NCBI GenBank assembly: GCA_045114795.1
Contig: JBGUKZ010000097.1
Span: 11,466 to 43,465 of the forward strand
DNA from: Anaerovoracaceae bacterium
Lineage (GTDB): Bacteria > Bacillota > Clostridia > Peptostreptococcales > Anaerovoracaceae
DNA: 32,000 nucleotides
Reading direction: 5' to 3'
Position numbers and translations under genes: made by a program
Notes under the pieces: generated by a model
What the model was told of the DNA's origin: nothing
The model's input: the letters and a program-made list of their open reading frames with translations, nothing else
Databases searched by the model: none
Part shown: positions 8,879-18,194 of the stretch, piece after piece
Layout of the letters: each line of letters opens with the position of its first letter
Position numbering within the stretch: the first letter of the stretch is position 1

Positions 8879-9979
8879 ATGAAGATAGTTCTGACAGGAG
8901 GCTGCACGGGCGGCCATATATATCCGGCGCTTGCGATCGGAGACAAATTCAGGGCAGAGGATCCGTCTTGCGAGGTCATTTATATCGCGAAGGGAGAGGA
9001 CCTGGAGCGAAAAATAATTCCGGCACACGGATACGATCTTCTTGAAGTCGATTCCACATGGTTCGAGAGGAGCGACCTCAAAAGACTGGCAACTACAGTC
9101 AGAAGGACGCTGAACGGAAGACGCTCCGCCATGAAGATAATGAAACAATTCAGGCCCGATGCCGTCATAAGCACGGGCAGTTTTGTCAGCGTGCCTGTAG
9201 TGCTTGCCGCGAACAGCCTTGGGGTGCCTGTATACATACATGAGCAGAACGGATTCCCTGGTATTTCGAACAGGCTGGCAGCGGCAAAGGCAAGGAAAGT
9301 GTTCCTCGGATTTGAGGCGGCGCGCAGATATTTCAAGAGACAGGACAACGTCGTTTACAGCGGCAATCCGGTGAGATCCGACTTTGCCGGCAGGGACAGG
9401 AAGGAAGACAGAAAGGCCCTCGGCATCCCTGAAAACGACCTCGTTATCATGGTATTCGGAGGAAGCCTGGGTTCTGAGACGACGAACCGGATAGGCGAAG
9501 CGCTTGCCCGGGAGTATGCCGGCAAGGAAGGGTATACAGTCATCTGGGGCACCGGGATCGAATACAACAAGGCAATAAAAAGCAGGCTCGGCGAAGAAGG
9601 CTTCGCTCCCGAGAACGTAAGGATAAGCGCGTACATAGAGGACATGCCGGCTCATCTTTCGGCATGCGATCTCATAATAAGCAGGAGCGGCGCCCTGTCG
9701 ACGGCCGAGACGACCATGGCCGGAAGGGCGGCCATATTCATCCCTTCGCCTAACGTTACAGCCGACCACCAGTACTATAACGCGAAGGCGGTGGCGGATG
9801 CCGGCGGAGCCGTGATAGTAAGAGAAGGCGAAGGGGACACTGAACGCGTCCTTACGATCGTAAGGGAACTCGACGCGGACAGAGAAGCCATAGCAGCCAT
9901 GTCGGAAGCCAGCAGCAAGGTGGCTCCGACTGAAGCAACGGACATCATTTACAGGACAGTGATGGAAACATACAGGTAA
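8879..9979 (+). CDS. murG: Undecaprenyldiphospho-muramoylpentapeptide beta-N-acetylglucosaminyltransferase MurG
   Basis: 366 aa. GGCTGGHIYPALA, HEQNGFPG, GGSLGS, ISRSGALSTAE and QYYNA are MurG (GT28) motifs. Confidence 0.95.
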   Translation: MKIVLTGGCTGGHIYPALAIGDKFRAEDPSCEVIYIAKGEDLERKIIPAHGYDLLEVDSTWFERSDLKRLATTVRRTLNGRRSAMKIMKQFRPDAVISTGSFVSVPVVLAANSLGVPVYIHEQNGFPGISNRLAAAKARKVFLGFEAARRYFKRQDNVVYSGNPVRSDFAGRDRKEDRKALGIPENDLVIMVFGGSLGSETTNRIGEALAREYAGKEGYTVIWGTGIEYNKAIKSRLGEEGFAPENVRISAYIEDMPAHLSACDLIISRSGALSTAETTMAGRAAIFIPSPNVTADHQYYNAKAVADAGGAVIVREGEGDTERVLTIVRELDADREAIAAMSEASSKVAPTEATDIIYRTVMETYR

Positions 9980-9982
9980 GAA

Positions 9983-11281
9983 TTGGCAGAAGACTCGAAG
10001 GAAAACAAAGTGATAAATAACGACGCGGACGTCAGCGCGGAAGCTGAAAAGGCTGAAAAGACGGCTGCGGAAGAGACAGCAGGCTCGGTATCTGACGATA
10101 TCGAGTACACTTTGCTTATCCACGAAGTGCCTGACCTGACCATACCGCTGCCTGCCGCGCAGCCTGTGGACGACACTGAAGCCGCGGAAGAGGCTGAAGA
10201 AACCGAAGAAGACACAGGAGAGGCTCAGGAGTCCCCGGAAAAGACGGAAGGATCCGCAGCCCCTGCACCTGACGACGATATCGAGTACACCTTGCTTATC
10301 CACGAGGTGTCCGACCTGACCATTCCGCTGCCTGCCGTTCAGCCGGAGGACGGAACTGATGCCGCCGAAGATACGGAGGTAGAAGTTTCCGGAGAGACTG
10401 AGGCAGCAGGAGAAACCGCTGAGGAAACTACAGAGGCGGAAGAAACCGCAGAGGAAGAGGAAACGAGCTACGGGCTTCCTGAAGGTGAAGGCCGCAGTAC
10501 GGACATGGGCGAGCTCACCAAGAGGATAGAAGCCCGCCGCCGCTATAACGAGAGAAAAAAGCGCAGATTCAGGACGCGGTTCTATATCATAGTGACGATC
10601 CTCGTCCTTGTCATAGCGTTCCTTTTGCTCTCGTTGTCGAGCATATTCACCGTAGACTCGATAGAGGTCAGGGGCAATCAGCACTATACGGCGGAAGAGA
10701 TCATAAACATGGGACACGCGGTCCCGGGACGCAATCTCGTATACGACCTGAATAAAAAGGAAATCGAGGAATACCTGGAGCAGAATCCGTATATAAAGAA
10801 CGCGACTGTGTCGCGCAAGCTTCCTTCGACCATGGTGATAAGAGTCACGGAGAGGGAAGAAAAGATGGCTTTCAGATATGATGATGATTATCTGATCATG
10901 GATGAAGATGGCATACTGCTCAAGAAGACCAGAAACGAGCCTATGGCTACGCTCGTAGAGGGTATTGTGATCAATAAGATAAAGCTGGGCGAGAAGATAG
11001 GCGCCGTTGAAACCGAGCGTCTTGACCGGGCCATAGAACTCATACACAGCATGACTTCGGCCGACATGTATTTTGTCAGGGTCGACATGTCAAAGGACAA
11101 CGTCGTCAGGGCATATATTTACGATACGCTGGCGGTTAAGGCCAGTTATGACCTGCTGATCGAGAATCTTGAGAACGGCAGACTGCATCTTGTTGTCGAA
11201 AAACTGTTCTCGGATGGCATCGAAAGGGGAACCATCACGTTCGATGAGGATGGGACCGCGTCGTTCATGCCTGCCATCTAG
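9983..11281 (+). CDS. ftsQ: Cell division protein FtsQ/DivIB with a 199-aa acidic N-terminal extension
   Basis: TTG start 4 nt after the murG stop. Residues 1-199 are acidic and low-complexity. Then come a basic patch (RRRYNERKKRRFRTRF), a TM (YIIVTILVLVIAFLLLSLSSIF), a POTRA-like segment (VDSIEVRGNQHYTAEEI) and an FtsQ-type domain (NPYIKNATVSRKLPSTMVIRVTERE). Canonical position before ftsZ. Confidence 0.85.
   Translation: MAEDSKENKVINNDADVSAEAEKAEKTAAEETAGSVSDDIEYTLLIHEVPDLTIPLPAAQPVDDTEAAEEAEETEEDTGEAQESPEKTEGSAAPAPDDDIEYTLLIHEVSDLTIPLPAVQPEDGTDAAEDTEVEVSGETEAAGETAEETTEAEETAEEEETSYGLPEGEGRSTDMGELTKRIEARRRYNERKKRRFRTRFYIIVTILVLVIAFLLLSLSSIFTVDSIEVRGNQHYTAEEIINMGHAVPGRNLVYDLNKKEIEEYLEQNPYIKNATVSRKLPSTMVIRVTEREEKMAFRYDDDYLIMDEDGILLKKTRNEPMATLVEGIVINKIKLGEKIGAVETERLDRAIELIHSMTSADMYFVRVDMSKDNVVRAYIYDTLAVKASYDLLIENLENGRLHLVVEKLFSDGIERGTITFDEDGTASFMPAI
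10094..10370 (+). repeat. Intragenic 180-bp-offset duplication inside ftsQ (DDIEYTLLIHEV[P/S]DLTIPLPA motif, two copies)
   Basis: 10094-10190 aligns with 10274-10370 with 13 mismatches in 97 nt (hand count). The offset is exactly 180 nt, or 60 codons. Confidence 0.9.
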
Positions 11282-11421
11282 TTTACAAGTAATTGTGTCT
11301 CGTAAAGCAAATACCCCCTAAATGTTGTGTTTTTTGCCAAAAAACTAATGCATCCGGGGTTTTAATATGCTACTATTACCATATATGTTTATAAGTATAT
11401 TTTATTGAGGAGGACTTCATT

Positions 11422-12570
11422 ATGGAATTTGTTTCCGACTTTGTTTCCGAACCGGACAATGCCGCGATCATAAAAGTTGTCGGTATCGGCGGCGGCGGAT
11501 GCAATGCTATCAACCGCATGGTTGATGCCGGACTGCAGGGCGTCACTTTCATCGGCGTCAATACAGACAGGCAGGCACTATCGAGATGTAAGGCCGAGAT
11601 CAAGATCCAGCTCGGCGAGAAGATAACCGGAGGCCGCGGTGCAGGAGCAAATCCTGAGATCGGACAGAAGGCAGCCGAAGAGAGCATCGACGAAGTGATC
11701 GCAAACATCCAGGATGCCGACATGGTATTCATCACTGCAGGCATGGGCGGCGGCACAGGTACAGGTGCTGCTCCTATCATCGCGAAAGCGTCCATGGACT
11801 GCGGAGCTCTTACTGTTGCTGTCGTGACCAAGCCTTTCACTTTCGAGGGAAAGAAGCGCTGGAACCGCGCGGCCAAGGGCATACAGTATCTCAGCAATTT
11901 CGTTGATTCGCTCGTCATCATCCCTAACGACAAGCTCATCGACACCAGCGAAAAGAACACATCGATGCTCGAAGCATTCGCGATGGCGGATGACGTTCTC
12001 AGAAAGGGCGTACAGGGCATCTCCGATCTGATCTCCGAATACGGACTCGTCAACGTAGACTTCGCTGACGTAAGAACAGTCATGGAGGGCCGCGGAGTGG
12101 CTCACATGGGCGTCGGCTTCGGCGAGGGCGACGACAGGATCGAAGAAGCCATCCAGAGCGCGGTGCACAGCCCGCTTCTCGAGACTTCCATCTCAGGCGC
12201 CAAGTCCATCCTGCTCTACGTTACGGGCGGATACGACATGGGAATGCTCGACATCAACACTATCGCTGACAGAGTACAGAGCGAAGCGGATGCCGATGCC
12301 AACATAATCTTCGGTGCTACCATCAGCGAGGACATGACAGACAAGATCTCCGTTACGATCATCGCTACGGATTTCGGCGGACGCACAGAGGGCATCGACG
12401 GCGTAAACATCGCTCCGCAGCCTGAAAGAGACACTATCGCAACCGCAAGAAGGATAACAGTAGACGGCCTGGACGCAGTCGAGGTAGAGCTTGACCAGCT
12501 CTTCGACGACAGCGAGGGCGGCAGCTCCACTGATTCTGGCGAATTCGACATCCCGGAATTCCTTAAATAA
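11422..12570 (+). CDS. ftsZ: Cell division GTPase FtsZ
   Basis: 382 aa. [17 protein letters not shown], the tubulin signature [16 protein letters not shown], and the C-terminal peptide DIPEFLK. A strong RBS (GAGGAGG) lies upstream. Confidence 0.98.
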   Translation: MEFVSDFVSEPDNAAIIKVVGIGGGGCNAINRMVDAGLQGVTFIGVNTDRQALSRCKAEIKIQLGEKITGGRGAGANPEIGQKAAEESIDEVIANIQDADMVFITAGMGGGTGTGAAPIIAKASMDCGALTVAVVTKPFTFEGKKRWNRAAKGIQYLSNFVDSLVIIPNDKLIDTSEKNTSMLEAFAMADDVLRKGVQGISDLISEYGLVNVDFADVRTVMEGRGVAHMGVGFGEGDDRIEEAIQSAVHSPLLETSISGAKSILLYVTGGYDMGMLDINTIADRVQSEADADANIIFGATISEDMTDKISVTIIATDFGGRTEGIDGVNIAPQPERDTIATARRITVDGLDAVEVELDQLFDDSEGGSSTDSGEFDIPEFLK

Positions 12571-12599
12571 ACCGGTGATCTCTATCCGGCCGCGATACC

Positions 12600-13403
12600 A
12601 TGCTGATCAGGATAACATCGGGGGACAACAGCAGGATAAAACTCGTCAGGAAACTCACGTCGCGCAGGGGCCGTGAGACTGAAGAGCGTTTTGCCGTAGA
12701 AGGCAGGAACCTCGTCAGCGAGGTCCTCAGCAGGGGTCTTGATGTTGATTTCATCATGATCCCCGCAGGGACGGCGGAGGACGCGCCTGGCTTTATCAGG
12801 GAATGCATCGATTCTCCGGATATCACGGTATGCGAGATACCGGAGCGTGAATTCTCCGGGCTCACTGATGCCGGAAACGGCATAGGCATGCTTGCCGTGG
12901 TAAGACAGCGGAAAAGCGGTCCGGAGATTCTCAGTGGACTCAGCCCGGAAGACAATATCCTGGTGCTTGACCGCATACAGGATCCGGGCAACATGGGCAC
13001 CCTGATACGCACCGCGGTCGCCGCAGGTTACAAGGCCATAGCCGCGATAAGCGGCACGGTGGATGTTTATTCACCCAAGGTGCTGAGGGCGACGGCGGGA
13101 ATGGTCTTTGAGATCCCGGTCGTGTATGTACCTGACGGGGAGACTCTCAGAGACATGTTCCGTGATTCAGGCAGAAGGATAGTCGTGACTGCCGTTGACG
13201 GCGGAGTGCCGTACTACGAGGAAGATCTCAGCAGCGGGATCGCGCTGGTCATAGGCAACGAGGGAAGCGGAGTATCCGACTCCCTTATGCGGATGGCTGA
13301 TGTAAAGGTGACGCTTCCGATGCGCGGAAGGATCGAATCGCTGAACGCGGCGGTCGCTGCGGCCATACTGATGTATGAGTCTGTACGCGGCCGTGAAGGA
13401 TAA
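12600..13403 (+). CDS. TrmH/SpoU-family RNA 2'-O-methyltransferase (RlmB-like, group 3)
   Basis: 267 aa. N-terminal substrate-binding-like region, then SpoU motifs LDRIQDPGNMGTLIRTA, LVIGNEGSGVS and IPMRGRIESLNAAVAAAILMYE. Confidence 0.85.
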   Translation: MLIRITSGDNSRIKLVRKLTSRRGRETEERFAVEGRNLVSEVLSRGLDVDFIMIPAGTAEDAPGFIRECIDSPDITVCEIPEREFSGLTDAGNGIGMLAVVRQRKSGPEILSGLSPEDNILVLDRIQDPGNMGTLIRTAVAAGYKAIAAISGTVDVYSPKVLRATAGMVFEIPVVYVPDGETLRDMFRDSGRRIVVTAVDGGVPYYEEDLSSGIALVIGNEGSGVSDSLMRMADVKVTLPMRGRIESLNAAVAAAILMYESVRGREG

Positions 13404-13434
13404 GTAAAAATACAAAGCAAGAAGAGGTTAAGAA

Positions 13435-13917
13435 ATGGAAAAGAACAGAGCCGATGTGATTATATGCGGATCCAATTATGTACTTTCCAGTGAAAAGAGC
13501 GAAGAGCGCATAAAGGAGATCGCCAAGATGGTCGACGAAGAGCTCAGGGCCACGAGCAAGGCGCTCAACGTCAACCCGAATTACAAGTCCGCGGTGCTGA
13601 CAGCGCTCAATATTGCGGAGAGACTCATGGACAGCACGGACATGATGCTCAAGCTCCAGACGGAGAACTACCAGCTCGACAATGACGTCAAGCATTACAT
13701 CCAGCTGTGGGAGCAGTCGAAGAAGCAGGTAACGGACCTCAAGGAGAAGATGTCCTCAGAGGTAGACAGACAGACACAGAGCTCCGAAGACCAGAAGAAA
13801 CTTCAGGAGAAGCTTGTTGAGATGGAAAACGCTTACTTCGACCTTCAGATGGAGAACGTCAATCTCAGAAACGAGCTCAAAGCTCTAAAGAGACTGAACA
13901 GCGAAGATGAATTCTAA
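13435..13917 (+). CDS. zapA: Cell division protein ZapA with a long C-terminal coiled-coil
   Basis: The N-terminal roughly 70 aa match the ZapA pattern (VIICGSNYVLSSEKSEERIKEIAKMVDEEL...AVLTALNIAERL). The remaining roughly 90 aa are heptad-like and rich in Q/E/K/L. Its stop overlaps the mutS2 start by 11 nt. The zapA...mutS2 neighbourhood is known from Bacillus. Confidence 0.8.
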   Translation: MEKNRADVIICGSNYVLSSEKSEERIKEIAKMVDEELRATSKALNVNPNYKSAVLTALNIAERLMDSTDMMLKLQTENYQLDNDVKHYIQLWEQSKKQVTDLKEKMSSEVDRQTQSSEDQKKLQEKLVEMENAYFDLQMENVNLRNELKALKRLNSEDEF

Positions 13918-16318
13918 GATACTGACTGTCCTTGAATTCAATAGAATACTCGGTCTGCTGCGCGAACAGGCGGGCTCGGGTCTGGCAAGAGAGAGGATCG
14001 ACAGCCTGGAGCCGATGACCAACATTCGCATGGCAAAGGATGCACTAACGGAAACTACGGAAGCGGTTTCCGTTATTTCCTATAAGGGAAGCATTCCGGT
14101 CGGCGAGATCGGCGACATAGGCGGCATCGTATCTATGGCCAGACGCGGCAGATGCCTCAGCATGAGGGAGCTCCTGCAGATAAGGGTGAGCATAGCCTCA
14201 TCACGCCAGGTAAAGACATTCCTGACGGGGGACATGCCCGAAGGACTGAAGGTCATACCCGAGATAGCAGGCCTGCTCGATCCCGTAACGAAGCTCGAGC
14301 AGGACATTTCGAGCGCGATAATCAGCGAGGACGAGATGTCGGACAACGCCTCGCCGCAGCTGAGAGCCATAAGGCGCGACATCCGCAACAAGAACGATCT
14401 CATAAAGTCACGTTTGCAGAAGATGATAAGCTCGGGATCCGCGAAAACACACCTTCAGGACGCGATAGTCACAATGCGCAACGGCAGGTACGTGATCCCG
14501 GTAAAGAGGGAGTATATAAGTCTGTTTCCGGGCATGGTGCACGACCAGTCCTCGACGGGAGCCACTCTTTTCGTGGAGCCGCAGTCGGTCGTCATACTCA
14601 ACAACGAGCTCAGGCAGCTCGAGATGGACGAACAGGCGGAGATCGTAAGAATACTGGAACTCTTCAGCAGCAGGGTCGGCGAGCATCACCAGAGCCTCAT
14701 GAACGACCAGAAGCTGATGGTTGAGCTCGACTTCATAAACGCCAAGGGCAAGCTCTCATGTCTCATGGAAGGAGCCGAGCCGCAACTCAACGAGGACGGG
14801 ATCATAGAGATCCGGACTGGCCGCCATCCGCTCATACCCGCGGACAAGGTTGTGCCTATAAACGTCGAACTCGGACGCGAATGGACGACGCTGCTCATTA
14901 CCGGACCTAATACAGGCGGCAAGACCGTAACGCTCAAGACGATTGGCCTTCTGTGTCTCATGGCGCAGAGCGGTCTGCACATACCGGCCGATGAGAAAAG
15001 CAGCCTGCCGGTGCTTAAAGAAGTGTTTGCCGACATCGGCGACGAACAGAGCATAGAGCAGAGCCTAAGCACGTTCTCGGCGCACATGAAAAACATCATA
15101 CAGATATTCAAAAGCGCGGGAGAGGGGACCCTTGTGCTTCTGGATGAGCTGGGAGCCGGTACGGACCCTCTCGAGGGCGCGGCGCTCGGCATCGCTGAGC
15201 TTGAAAGACTCAAGGAAGCCGGCGCGCTCGTTGCGGCAACGACTCACTATACGGAGCTCAAGAAATACGCTCTTTCTACTCCGGGCGTTGAAAACGCGTC
15301 GATGGAATTCGATGTAGAGACGCTCTCGCCTACATACAGGCTGAGAGTCGGACTGCCCGGAAAGTCCAATGCTTTCGAGATATCCGAAAAGCTCGGGCTC
15401 GACAAAACGATCATCGACAGAGCGGCTGAACTTCTCGGCGAAGAACAGCTGGAGTTCGAAGAGGCTGTAAGCAGGGTCGAGGCCGATCAGGCAAAGGCGG
15501 AAGAAAAACTCGCCGAGGCGGGAAGAGAGATAGAAGCAGCCCACGAGGTAAAGTCTGAAGCGGAGAAAGAACTCGCTGCAGCCAGAAAAGAAGCCGCGAA
15601 GATCGTAGAGGAGGCCAGGCGCAAGGCGGGAAGCATGCTCAGAGACGCGCAGGGCACGATCGACGAGATAACGGCAGAGCTAAGGGACATACAGCATAAG
15701 AACAGGGACGCCGGATTCAATGAGGGCCACATTGCCGGAGGAGCCGCTGATGGCCGCAGAAAACTAAGACAGGCGGAGTCGGCGCTCAAACCGGAGAAGG
15801 CTCCTGAAGTAAAGACGGTGCAGACAGGCAAGACACCTGAGCCTGAGGACATAAAGATCGGCATGAGGGTCAAATACGTGAAGCTCGGCCAGACAGGGGA
15901 TGTCGAAAGCCTGCCTGACTCAAGGGGCAACGTAAAGCTGAGACTCGGATCCATAAGGATGGATGTGAACATCAGGGACCTCGTCATCGCCGAGTCGGAG
16001 CCTCAGGGCAACAAGGAGAAAAAGAGAGCCAAATACGGAGACCTGTCATTCGGCAAGTCAAAGACCATAAAGACCGAGATCAATGTGATCGGAAAGAACC
16101 TCGAAGAAGCCTGCGACCTTGTGAGCAAGTATATCGATGACGCTTTCCTGGCCGGACTGAAGACCGTGCATGTAATACACGGCCGAGGCGAGGGCATCCT
16201 GAGAGACGGGATACGGAAAGAACTGTCGCGAAACAAGCATGTCAAGGGTTACAAGTCCGCTCCTTACAATGAGGGCGGAGACGGATGCACCGTTGTGGAA
16301 CTCAAGGACCGCAAATGA
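13907..16318 (+). CDS. mutS2: Endonuclease MutS2 (MutS family ATPase with a C-terminal Smr domain)
   Basis: 803 aa. Walker A ITGPNTGGKT, LLDELGAGTDPLEGAAL, a central coiled-coil, a KOW-like segment, and a C-terminal Smr domain (VIGKNLEEA...VHVIHGRGEGILR). Confidence 0.95.
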   Translation: MNSKILTVLEFNRILGLLREQAGSGLARERIDSLEPMTNIRMAKDALTETTEAVSVISYKGSIPVGEIGDIGGIVSMARRGRCLSMRELLQIRVSIASSRQVKTFLTGDMPEGLKVIPEIAGLLDPVTKLEQDISSAIISEDEMSDNASPQLRAIRRDIRNKNDLIKSRLQKMISSGSAKTHLQDAIVTMRNGRYVIPVKREYISLFPGMVHDQSSTGATLFVEPQSVVILNNELRQLEMDEQAEIVRILELFSSRVGEHHQSLMNDQKLMVELDFINAKGKLSCLMEGAEPQLNEDGIIEIRTGRHPLIPADKVVPINVELGREWTTLLITGPNTGGKTVTLKTIGLLCLMAQSGLHIPADEKSSLPVLKEVFADIGDEQSIEQSLSTFSAHMKNIIQIFKSAGEGTLVLLDELGAGTDPLEGAALGIAELERLKEAGALVAATTHYTELKKYALSTPGVENASMEFDVETLSPTYRLRVGLPGKSNAFEISEKLGLDKTIIDRAAELLGEEQLEFEEAVSRVEADQAKAEEKLAEAGREIEAAHEVKSEAEKELAAARKEAAKIVEEARRKAGSMLRDAQGTIDEITAELRDIQHKNRDAGFNEGHIAGGAADGRRKLRQAESALKPEKAPEVKTVQTGKTPEPEDIKIGMRVKYVKLGQTGDVESLPDSRGNVKLRLGSIRMDVNIRDLVIAESEPQGNKEKKRAKYGDLSFGKSKTIKTEINVIGKNLEEACDLVSKYIDDAFLAGLKTVHVIHGRGEGILRDGIRKELSRNKHVKGYKSAPYNEGGDGCTVVELKDRK

Positions 16319-16347
16319 GCTGAAATATAGTAAAAAACGGCGTGATT

Positions 16348-16356
16348 TGGTATAAT
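16348..16356 (+). promoter_or_regulatory. Extended -10 promoter element (TGgTATAAT) upstream of argS
   Basis: TGGTATAAT lies 54 nt upstream of the argS ATG, in the 91-nt mutS2-argS gap. Confidence 0.5.
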
Positions 16357-16409
16357 GATTTGCCTGAACAAGCGAGTGGCAGATAACAAATTACAGTAAA
16401 GGAAGCAAA

Positions 16410-18137
16410 ATGGTAGATTTCAAGACAATAATCGCTGAAAAAATATACGATGAAGCGCTCGGACTGTCCATTCAGGACATAAAGGACATGATCGAGATAC
16501 CGGCGGACGAGAAGATGGGAGACTACGCGTTCCCGTGCTTCAGGCTCGCGAAGACGCTTCGCAAGGCTCCGCAGCTGATCGCCGCGGACATCGCCGCCAA
16601 AGCCGGCGATTCTGAAGCGTTCGCAAAGGTAGAGAACGTCAACGCATATGTCAATTTCTTCATCGACAGAGCCTATTTCGCGGGCGAAGTCGTGGAAGAA
16701 GTCAACAGCCTCGGCGCCGAATACGGCAGATCCGACTACGGCCAGGGACGCAAGGTCATCGTCGAGTACTCATCGCCTAATATCGCGAAGCCGTTCCATA
16801 TCGGACATATAAGGAGCACAGTCATCGGAAACGCTCTTTACAAGCTCTACGATGCCGTCGGCTATGATGTCACGAGGATCAACCACCTCGGCGATTACGG
16901 AACGCAGTTCGGCAAGATGATCGTCGCTTACCGCAAGTGGGGAAGCGAGGAAGAACTCGCAAAGGAGCCTATCAAGGCGCTTCTGGGTTACTACACAAGA
17001 TTCCACGAAGAAGCCAAAGAGCATCCTGAACTCGAAGACGAGGCCAGGGAGACCTTCGTCAGGCTCGAAGCCGGCGAACCGGCTGAACTCGAGCTCTGGG
17101 AAAAGTTCAGAAGGCTGAGCCTCGAGGAGTTCAACCGCGTGTATGACATGCTTGGCATTACTTTCGACTCCTACGCGGGCGAGAGCTTCTATTCCGACAA
17201 GATGCCGAGATTCATTCAGGAACTCAAAGACAAGGGTCTCCTGATGGAATCACAGGGCGCTCAGATCGTCGATCTTGAGCCTTACGGCCTCGGCGCCGCC
17301 ATGATCACAAAGTCAGACGGCTCAAGTCTCTATGTAACAAGAGACATAGCGGCAGCCGTATACCGCAAGGAACACTATGATTTCTACAAGTGCATCTACG
17401 TCGTGGCTTCACAGCAGAACCTGCACTTCAAGCAGTGGAAAAAGGTCCTCGAACTCATGGGATACGAGTGGGAGAAGGACTGCGTGCACGTGCCGTTCGG
17501 TCTCGTGAGCCTTTCCGACGGCGATGACATCAAGATGATGTCGACGCGCGAAGGCAGAGTAGTTTTCCTCGAGGACGTGCTCAACACCGCAGTCGCCAAA
17601 ACGGCGGATATTATGCGCGAGAAAGACGTGCAGGGCGTGGATGTCGATGAGGTTTCGAAGGAAGTCGGCATTGGAGCCGTGATATTCCAGGAACTCTCGA
17701 ACAACAGGATCAAGGACTACGTGTTCTCGTGGGACAAGGTCCTCAACTTCGACGGAGAAACAGGCCCGTACGTCCAGTACACCCACGCGAGAGCGTCGAG
17801 CGTGCTGAGAAAGGCGGAAGCCGCCGGAGTCGACGTCGATTCGCTCGGAAGCATCGATCCTTCGTATCTCGGCAGCGACAGCGCATATGCTCTCGCGAAA
17901 CTCATATACAGAGTGCCTGAGGTAGTGATCGAAGCGGCGGAGAAGTATGAACCTTCGATAGTCACGCGCCATCTCGTGGACATAGCCCAGGCGTTCAACA
18001 AGTTCTATCACGACGAACACATACTGGTGGATGACGAAGCCGAAAGGGCGGCAAAACTGTCGCTCGTGAAGGCGTCAAAGACTGTCATCGCGAATTGTCT
18101 GGGACTGCTTGGCATAGCCGCTCCTGAACGCATGTAA
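16410..18137 (+). CDS. argS: Arginine--tRNA ligase
   Basis: 575 aa. Class I HIGH motif (PFHIGHIRS), the ArgRS-typical MSTREG in place of KMSKS, and a C-terminal DALR anticodon-binding region. Confidence 0.97.
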   Translation: MVDFKTIIAEKIYDEALGLSIQDIKDMIEIPADEKMGDYAFPCFRLAKTLRKAPQLIAADIAAKAGDSEAFAKVENVNAYVNFFIDRAYFAGEVVEEVNSLGAEYGRSDYGQGRKVIVEYSSPNIAKPFHIGHIRSTVIGNALYKLYDAVGYDVTRINHLGDYGTQFGKMIVAYRKWGSEEELAKEPIKALLGYYTRFHEEAKEHPELEDEARETFVRLEAGEPAELELWEKFRRLSLEEFNRVYDMLGITFDSYAGESFYSDKMPRFIQELKDKGLLMESQGAQIVDLEPYGLGAAMITKSDGSSLYVTRDIAAAVYRKEHYDFYKCIYVVASQQNLHFKQWKKVLELMGYEWEKDCVHVPFGLVSLSDGDDIKMMSTREGRVVFLEDVLNTAVAKTADIMREKDVQGVDVDEVSKEVGIGAVIFQELSNNRIKDYVFSWDKVLNFDGETGPYVQYTHARASSVLRKAEAAGVDVDSLGSIDPSYLGSDSAYALAKLIYRVPEVVIEAAEKYEPSIVTRHLVDIAQAFNKFYHDEHILVDDEAERAAKLSLVKASKTVIANCLGLLGIAAPERM

Positions 18138-18194
18138 AGACGCACCCTTATCCGGCCGGCCGTACGCGGCGGCAGGACATGAAAGGAAGAACAT

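Noticed and set aside
8834-11047. A 737-aa ORF on the minus strand, plus similar long antisense ORFs at 4130-5242, 5112-6143, 8008-8853, 17409-18020, 18747-19619, 22263-23225, 23512-24207 and 28916-29599.
   Set aside because: All overlap plus-strand genes with unmistakable conserved motifs (murG, ftsQ, mraY, argS and others). Where I checked phase (8834-11047, 5112-6143, 18747-19619, 22263-23225), the antisense frame is codon-aligned with the sense gene. Antisense stops therefore require the sense codons TTA, CTA or TCA, which this genome rarely uses. murG and ftsQ also share the same phase, which explains the 2.2-kb length. The translations are Arg/His/Ser-rich and low-complexity, with no recognisable motifs or RBS.
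16319-16409. A possible T-box riboswitch leader upstream of argS.
   Set aside because: The intergenic gap is only 91 nt and contains a promoter. That is too short for a T-box (specifier loop plus antiterminator normally need about 200 nt or more), and I saw no T-box consensus sequence.
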